Below, one piece after another: positions 59,161 through 64,000 of a stretch of 64,000 bases of DNA. The DNA lies in contig CBDCTZ010000005.1 of the NCBI GenBank assembly GCA_965222375.1, forward strand, positions 192,001 through 256,000. The letters are read 5' to 3'. A program made the position numbers and the translations under genes. The DNA comes from Polyangiaceae bacterium (GTDB lineage Bacteria > Myxococcota_A > Polyangia > Polyangiales > Polyangiaceae). Below the pieces are notes generated by a model. It saw nothing but the letters and a program-made list of their open reading frames with translations. It made no database searches and had not been told where the DNA came from. The stretch's first letter is position 1. Each line of letters opens with the position of its first letter.

Positions 59161-61491
59161 ATGTCGTCACGCATCCTTCGCATCGTCGCCGTCGCCGCCA
59201 GCCTGTGTTTCGCCTGCTCCTCCTCGCCGGATGGTTCGGATGACGGACCCTCGACCAGCCAGAAGCCCCGGAAGCCGTTGGGCAAAGCGGACGCCGCCGG
59301 CACCTGCCAAGGCGATACCCAGGACTACTGCGGCGGCAAGTCTGCCGGCGCGTGTTGGTGCGACGACGAATGCGAAAGCTACGGCGATTGTTGCTCAGAC
59401 AAGAACTCGGTTTGCAGCGCACTGCCTCTGGCAGTGGACAAGATCGAAGGTGAGGCCGGCTTCGATGCGCTCGCCTTCTCGGGTTCGAGCGGCGCGATCC
59501 TCGGCAAGTCCGTCAAGTTCTTGATCGACAACCGGCAGCCCTCCTCTCCGTCGGTTCGATACATCAATGCAAACTACCCTGGCACCGATGCCGATCCCAA
59601 GGCGAAGCAGTTTCACTTCAACTTCGCCAAGGAGACCCTCTCGGGCTTCGCAGAAGATGGGCAGAGCTTCAACAACAAGACCTACTGGGCCCAGAACAAG
59701 ACCTACTTCGCTGGTACGCTCCAGGAGTACCGCCTGGGCAGCAATGCCGAACCGCTGTACGCCATTCAGTTCTACCCCCAGGACGTCATCGCCGAAGAGA
59801 GCGCCCTGCACGCGGTTCAAGCGCTCGCGCCGACTCTAGAGCTCAGCGGTGCGCGGATCGCCTTCGTTTCCCTCGGGCCGCAGCAGACGACGGCGACCGT
59901 GGCCAGCCAAATGGCGGCCCTGGGCGTGGAAGCGTTGGATCTCGACGCCGTGCTCGGCGCTCTGAACTACATACCCATGCAAACCGGGGAGGCCTGGGGC
60001 TATCTGCGCATCTTCCCGGACAATCAGGACTTGCTCAGCGCTCTGGACATTCCCGTCTTCGAGGAGCTGCCCCTGGATCTGACCGTCGTTGCCGGCACCA
60101 TCACCAAGGCCGTGCAGGATGCTAGCTCCCACGTGAATCTGAAGAGCAAGGAGCGCGAAACCCCGAACATGGTGCTGCGGGATGCCAGCCCAACCCACGC
60201 GGAGCTCGCCGCCTTCGCAGGCAAGCCCGTGCACCTGATTGTGAACGCGGATCGATTCCACATCGAGGCGTCGACAGACGCCGAGGTCCTCGCGAAATAC
60301 AAGGAACGCACGGACAAGCCCTGGCAACCCGTAGGGGTCGACCCCAATGCCAGCGTGACCTCCTACCGTGACATGTGCCCCGGCAACTCCGGGGATTGCC
60401 TGAAGCTCGCCCCCAAATTCGGGGGCAAGGCGGGCAACCTGGGATTCTTGGTGCAGCCCGACGTACTTGGCATCACCACGGATCCCAGCAGCCGCAGCGC
60501 ATCCGTCGGCTACGACATCGCGCCCTACGGCGTGGGGGTGCCGGTGCAGCGCTACTTCGACTTTGTCGCCCATGGCCCCAACGCTGGGCTGCGCGCTGCC
60601 CTGGACGACCTGATCACCCAAGAAAAGACCGGCACCCTCAGCGTGTCCCAGCGCAATCAGTTGCTCAAGACGGTTCAGGCACTGACCTTGACTGCGGAGC
60701 TTCCGCCGGGGCTACTCGCCGAGGTTCAGGCAGGCCTCACCGCGGCACTGCCGGCCGGGGCCGAGAGCGTGAAAATTCGCTCCAGTGCCAATGCCGAGGA
60801 CATCCCGGGCTTTGATGGCGCAGGCCTATACGACAGCTACCGCGCCGACTTCGACGAGCCCAACAACGGCAGTTGCCAGCTCGTGGTGGACAACGACGGC
60901 GAGTTGGAGACAGAGCCCCGCAGCGTGGAATGCGGCATCAAGGCCGTCTACGCCAGCTTGTGGAACAAGCGGGCCATCGAGGAGCGCTCCTTCGCGCGAA
61001 TCGATCACGCCACCGCGGGCATGGGCTTGGCCATCGTGCAGCGCTACCGCGAACTGGGCGACGTGGACGCCAACTCCGTCGTCGTCACGCGAGTCCTCAA
61101 CAGCGGCGGCGTCTACGGCTACACATTCTCGTCTCAGGTCGGCAACAACGTGGTGACGAACCCGGAGCCCGGAACCTCGAGCGAAACGGTGATGGCGGCC
61201 TTCTTGCCGGGGCAGCCAGCGACGTTCGCAGTGACCCGATACGCGACGCCCACGGCGGGCGGTGCGCCCTTGACCCAAACCGTCCTCAGTAACGCACAGA
61301 TGAAAGAGATGCTCGAGCTGACCCAACACGTCGAGAGTGCGTACTGCCGAGAGAAACCCGGCTACTACCCCGGCAATTGCAGCAGCGTGCTTTACGACGT
61401 CGAAAAACCCCGCGCCCTGGATATGGAACTCAAGCTACTCAGCGGTGGCCGCTTCCTGCTCAAGCAGGTCCGCGAGTTCTCCGGCAAGTAG
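59161..61491 (+). CDS. Lipoprotein with somatomedin-B-like domain and PEP/pyruvate-binding (PPDK_N) domain
   Basis: CFAC lipobox, GKAD, CWCDDECESYGDCC; FGGKAGNL, RSSANAED..FDGAGLY, VYASLWN. Confidence 0.85.
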   Translation: MSSRILRIVAVAASLCFACSSSPDGSDDGPSTSQKPRKPLGKADAAGTCQGDTQDYCGGKSAGACWCDDECESYGDCCSDKNSVCSALPLAVDKIEGEAGFDALAFSGSSGAILGKSVKFLIDNRQPSSPSVRYINANYPGTDADPKAKQFHFNFAKETLSGFAEDGQSFNNKTYWAQNKTYFAGTLQEYRLGSNAEPLYAIQFYPQDVIAEESALHAVQALAPTLELSGARIAFVSLGPQQTTATVASQMAALGVEALDLDAVLGALNYIPMQTGEAWGYLRIFPDNQDLLSALDIPVFEELPLDLTVVAGTITKAVQDASSHVNLKSKERETPNMVLRDASPTHAELAAFAGKPVHLIVNADRFHIEASTDAEVLAKYKERTDKPWQPVGVDPNASVTSYRDMCPGNSGDCLKLAPKFGGKAGNLGFLVQPDVLGITTDPSSRSASVGYDIAPYGVGVPVQRYFDFVAHGPNAGLRAALDDLITQEKTGTLSVSQRNQLLKTVQALTLTAELPPGLLAEVQAGLTAALPAGAESVKIRSSANAEDIPGFDGAGLYDSYRADFDEPNNGSCQLVVDNDGELETEPRSVECGIKAVYASLWNKRAIEERSFARIDHATAGMGLAIVQRYRELGDVDANSVVVTRVLNSGGVYGYTFSSQVGNNVVTNPEPGTSSETVMAAFLPGQPATFAVTRYATPTAGGAPLTQTVLSNAQMKEMLELTQHVESAYCREKPGYYPGNCSSVLYDVEKPRALDMELKLLSGGRFLLKQVREFSGK

Positions 61492-61495
61492 CAGC

Positions 61496-62452
61496 TCAGT
61501 TACAAGGTGTGGGCTTGAGGTTGGAGTCTTGGGCCACGTTGTTCGCGACGCCCTCGCGATGGATGACGATCCGGTCGATCAAGTGGAAGTCCGCGCGAGC
61601 TGAAAGCTCCAGCGTGTACGTACCGGCCTTGAATTCCGCATAGATCGGGTGACCGTCATTGTCGCTGGTGTTCGTGGACCAATTCCAGTTCGTGGCGCCC
61701 GAGCAGTACACCTTCATCCAGCCATCTTTCGTCGACCCGTTGGGGCATTTGGCATCGCTCACGCTGGGCAAAGCGTTGATGGACGCCATGAATGTGGTGT
61801 CCTCGCACTTGGGCTTGGGGTAACGCCGACTCTCGTTGTTCGGCGCGCCCTTCATGCCATAGTAGCTGTCCGCGTCGGGAAAGCGGACCCAGGTGTCGTT
61901 GTGTTCCGTGGTGTTCGTGCCCATGCCGATGCGACTCCGCCACTGCATGCGGTATCGCCCCGCTTGGTCGATGCCCAGCTTTACGTTGATGACCCCCAGC
62001 CCGGGGTTGTTGTTCTGACTCGACCCCGTCCACTGGATGTAGCCGCTGCCGTAGGCGCCCGGCTCTTTGTTGGCGGTCTGCCAATTGCCGCTCAGCTTCA
62101 GGGTCTCGGCCTCCATGACCAAGACACCGTTGCTGCCGACCTTGAAGTCACAGGCTGCGGGCGCGCCGCCACTACCGGCACTGCCGCCGCCACTGCCCGC
62201 ATTGCCGGCACTGCCGCCTCCACTGCCCGCACTGCCACCACCACTTCCAGCGCTCCCGCCGCCGCTGCCCGCCGTGCCCCCGCCGCTGCCCGCCGTGCCC
62301 CCGCCGCCCGCGCTGCCACTGCTGCCGGCGGCGCCACCACCCGTGCCGCCGGTTCCCGGCGGGCCACTGCCTTCGTCGTCACCCCCGCAAGCCACAAGCA
62401 ACAGGCCACTGGCCAATCCCACCAACGCTCGCATCCTCGCACCGTCCCTCAT
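61496..62452 (-). CDS. Lipoprotein with Gly linker and carbohydrate-binding-like domain
   Basis: LVAC lipobox; VMEAE, GSGYIQW, TEHNDTW, IDRIV. Confidence 0.8.
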   Translation of the reverse strand: MRDGARMRALVGLASGLLLVACGGDDEGSGPPGTGGTGGGAAGSSGSAGGGGTAGSGGGTAGSGGGSAGSGGGSAGSGGGSAGNAGSGGGSAGSGGAPAACDFKVGSNGVLVMEAETLKLSGNWQTANKEPGAYGSGYIQWTGSSQNNNPGLGVINVKLGIDQAGRYRMQWRSRIGMGTNTTEHNDTWVRFPDADSYYGMKGAPNNESRRYPKPKCEDTTFMASINALPSVSDAKCPNGSTKDGWMKVYCSGATNWNWSTNTSDNDGHPIYAEFKAGTYTLELSARADFHLIDRIVIHREGVANNVAQDSNLKPTPCN

Positions 62453-62726
62453 CCCTGCAGTATACGCGCGGGGCGCGCCAAATGGGCCCGAAGCGAGATT
62501 AGGGCAGCCGCGTGACCCAAAGTCGCGACCCCAAACCCAACCCCAAGCCAAGGTTGAAAAATGCGACCCGGGGACTGAAACCGTGGCAGCCCCACGCCGT
62601 AGCTAGGGATAGAGCGGCTGCTGAAAGTGGTCGAGGCTCGAGGCGCTCTGAATTGGCCTTCCCCCCATCAATGCGGAGCGTTCCGGATCCCAGCAGTTTC
62701 AGCAGTCTTGCTCGCCTATTTTTCTG

Positions 62727-63615
62727 TCACAGATTGGCGTATTCGAGTTCAGCCACGATGGGAAAGTGATCCGACGGGTAGCGCGATTTGGGTCCGTAGA
62801 CGGTGAGATCTGCATGCCAGCGGATCGCCTTCCAGTGGGTCTTGTCGCCAGCAACGAAAATGTGGTCGATCCGGTCCGCGAGATCGTAGCTCGGAGTGGG
62901 CTCCTGATTGCTGATCACACTCCACTCGTCCGCCATGGCTTGAGTATCTCGGAACGCGAACCCATCCCCTGAGTCGGTGGTCAGGGTGTTCCAAGCCTCG
63001 ACACCGGGCTTGGAGTTGAAGTCACCCAGCATGACCACAGGCAGGGTCTTCGCGAAGGGAGCCGTACGCTCCTTGACCAAGGGAGCAGTCAGGGCCTGGC
63101 TCGGAGTGTTGTTGTCGAAGTGCGTCGTTGCGAAGTACGGCTCGCGATCGCCGGCCTTGTCTCGAAAACGTGCCCACACCACGAGGCGTGGAAGTTGATG
63201 CTTGGCGAAGCCGTTGCTGTTGGGAACGTCCGGGGTGGGGCTGAGCCAATACTCGCCACTGTCCAGCACGGAAAAGCGGCTCTTGCGGTAGAAAATCGCA
63301 GCGTCGGGGTAAGGCAAGGCGTCTTCGGGCACGTAGCTGACGGAACCTCGATCCGGGAGCCGATCCAACATCAGTCCTGCCCAAGGGGCCTAGCTCCTGG
63401 AGACCGATCAAATCCGGATCGTGACGCTCGAACACGTCGCGAAACATGTCCAAGCGCTCTTCCCAAGGGTCGTGTTCGGAGGTCGCGCACAGCGAGCACA
63501 GCACGTTGAACGTCATCACCGTCAGCGGCTCGGGGCCGCGCCTTGCGGCTTCTGGCTCGCCGTCGCCACAGCCGGCGAGCCAGAGGGCGAGAAGTGGCGC
63601 TGCGAGTCGGCTCAT
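62727..63615 (-). pseudogene. Endonuclease/exonuclease/phosphatase-family lipoprotein, frameshifted at about 63380
   Basis: VMTFNV and DLIGLQE in one frame; THFD, GDFN, IDHIF, PSDH in another. Confidence 0.85.
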
Positions 63616-63756
63616 GGGCGGATTGTTCCATTCGGGCTGAGCGCAGTCACGTCCGGACGGCTCGGCAACAGGAGTCCGGACTTTGCTGACAAGCTGCGCT
63701 CGCTCGGGCTTTTTCCGCGCCAATAGCCGTGGACCATCGACGGCACGGGGCCTGCA

Positions 63757-64000
63757 ATGACTCCGGTCATGACTCTCCTCCGAAGCCTCGCGCTCACCGC
63801 TGTGCCAACCCTCGCCGTCTCCGTCGCCTGCGCCCCAGCCGCGGGGGGGCCAGACGATGAACCCAGCTCGGAGTTCGGCCGCAGCGCCGAACGCATCGGC
63901 AAGCTGACGTCGGCCCACTGCAAGATCAACGTGTCGGGCAAAGGTGCCAAGGACACGGAGACGGACTACATTGCCCGGGTCATCGCGTGCGAAAACACCG
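63757..64000 (+). CDS. Lipoprotein, possibly SpoIID/LytB-like (truncated by window end)
   Basis: SVAC lipobox; ETDYIARVIACEN resembles the SpoIID ExYLxGVVxxE motif. Confidence 0.6.
   Translation, partial: MTPVMTLLRSLALTAVPTLAVSVACAPAAGGPDDEPSSEFGRSAERIGKLTSAHCKINVSGKGAKDTETDYIARVIACENT

Noticed and set aside
63365..63395. Recoding in the EEP gene
   Set aside because: The halves are in different frames with no obvious slippery site; simple indel or sequencing error

Overview
High-GC DNA whose gene content (Ser/Thr kinases, ECF sigma factor, MYXO-CTERM-like tail, many Gly-rich lipoproteins) suggests a myxobacterium (inference). (1) 1-11957 is the right part of an integrated phage-satellite-like element ending at a 42-bp 3' half of tRNA-Asp. 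It carries an excisionase-like HTH, a split DnaB-like helicase, a putative origin and a terminase large subunit, but no capsid, portal or tail genes in view. Its cargo includes a tightly coupled three-gene cassette ending in an Mrr-like PD-(D/E)xK nuclease that the ORF track missed. (2) 11958-14000 holds two paralogous tyrosine-integrase C-terminal remnants around a frameshifted RAYT-type HUH transposase, which is flanked by outward-facing arrays of one ~20-bp motif. (3) A complete IS66 (15781-17820, 8-bp target duplication) with an extra convergent ORF interrupts a secretin-N-domain gene. (4) 18.6-64 kb is accessory chromosome with many lipoproteins and several gene fragments. It includes two adjacent genes predicted to be selenoproteins (in-frame TGA in a UxxC thioredoxin motif, each followed by a SECIS-like hairpin), which the ORF track split. 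All calls come from reading motifs by eye; no database searches were run.
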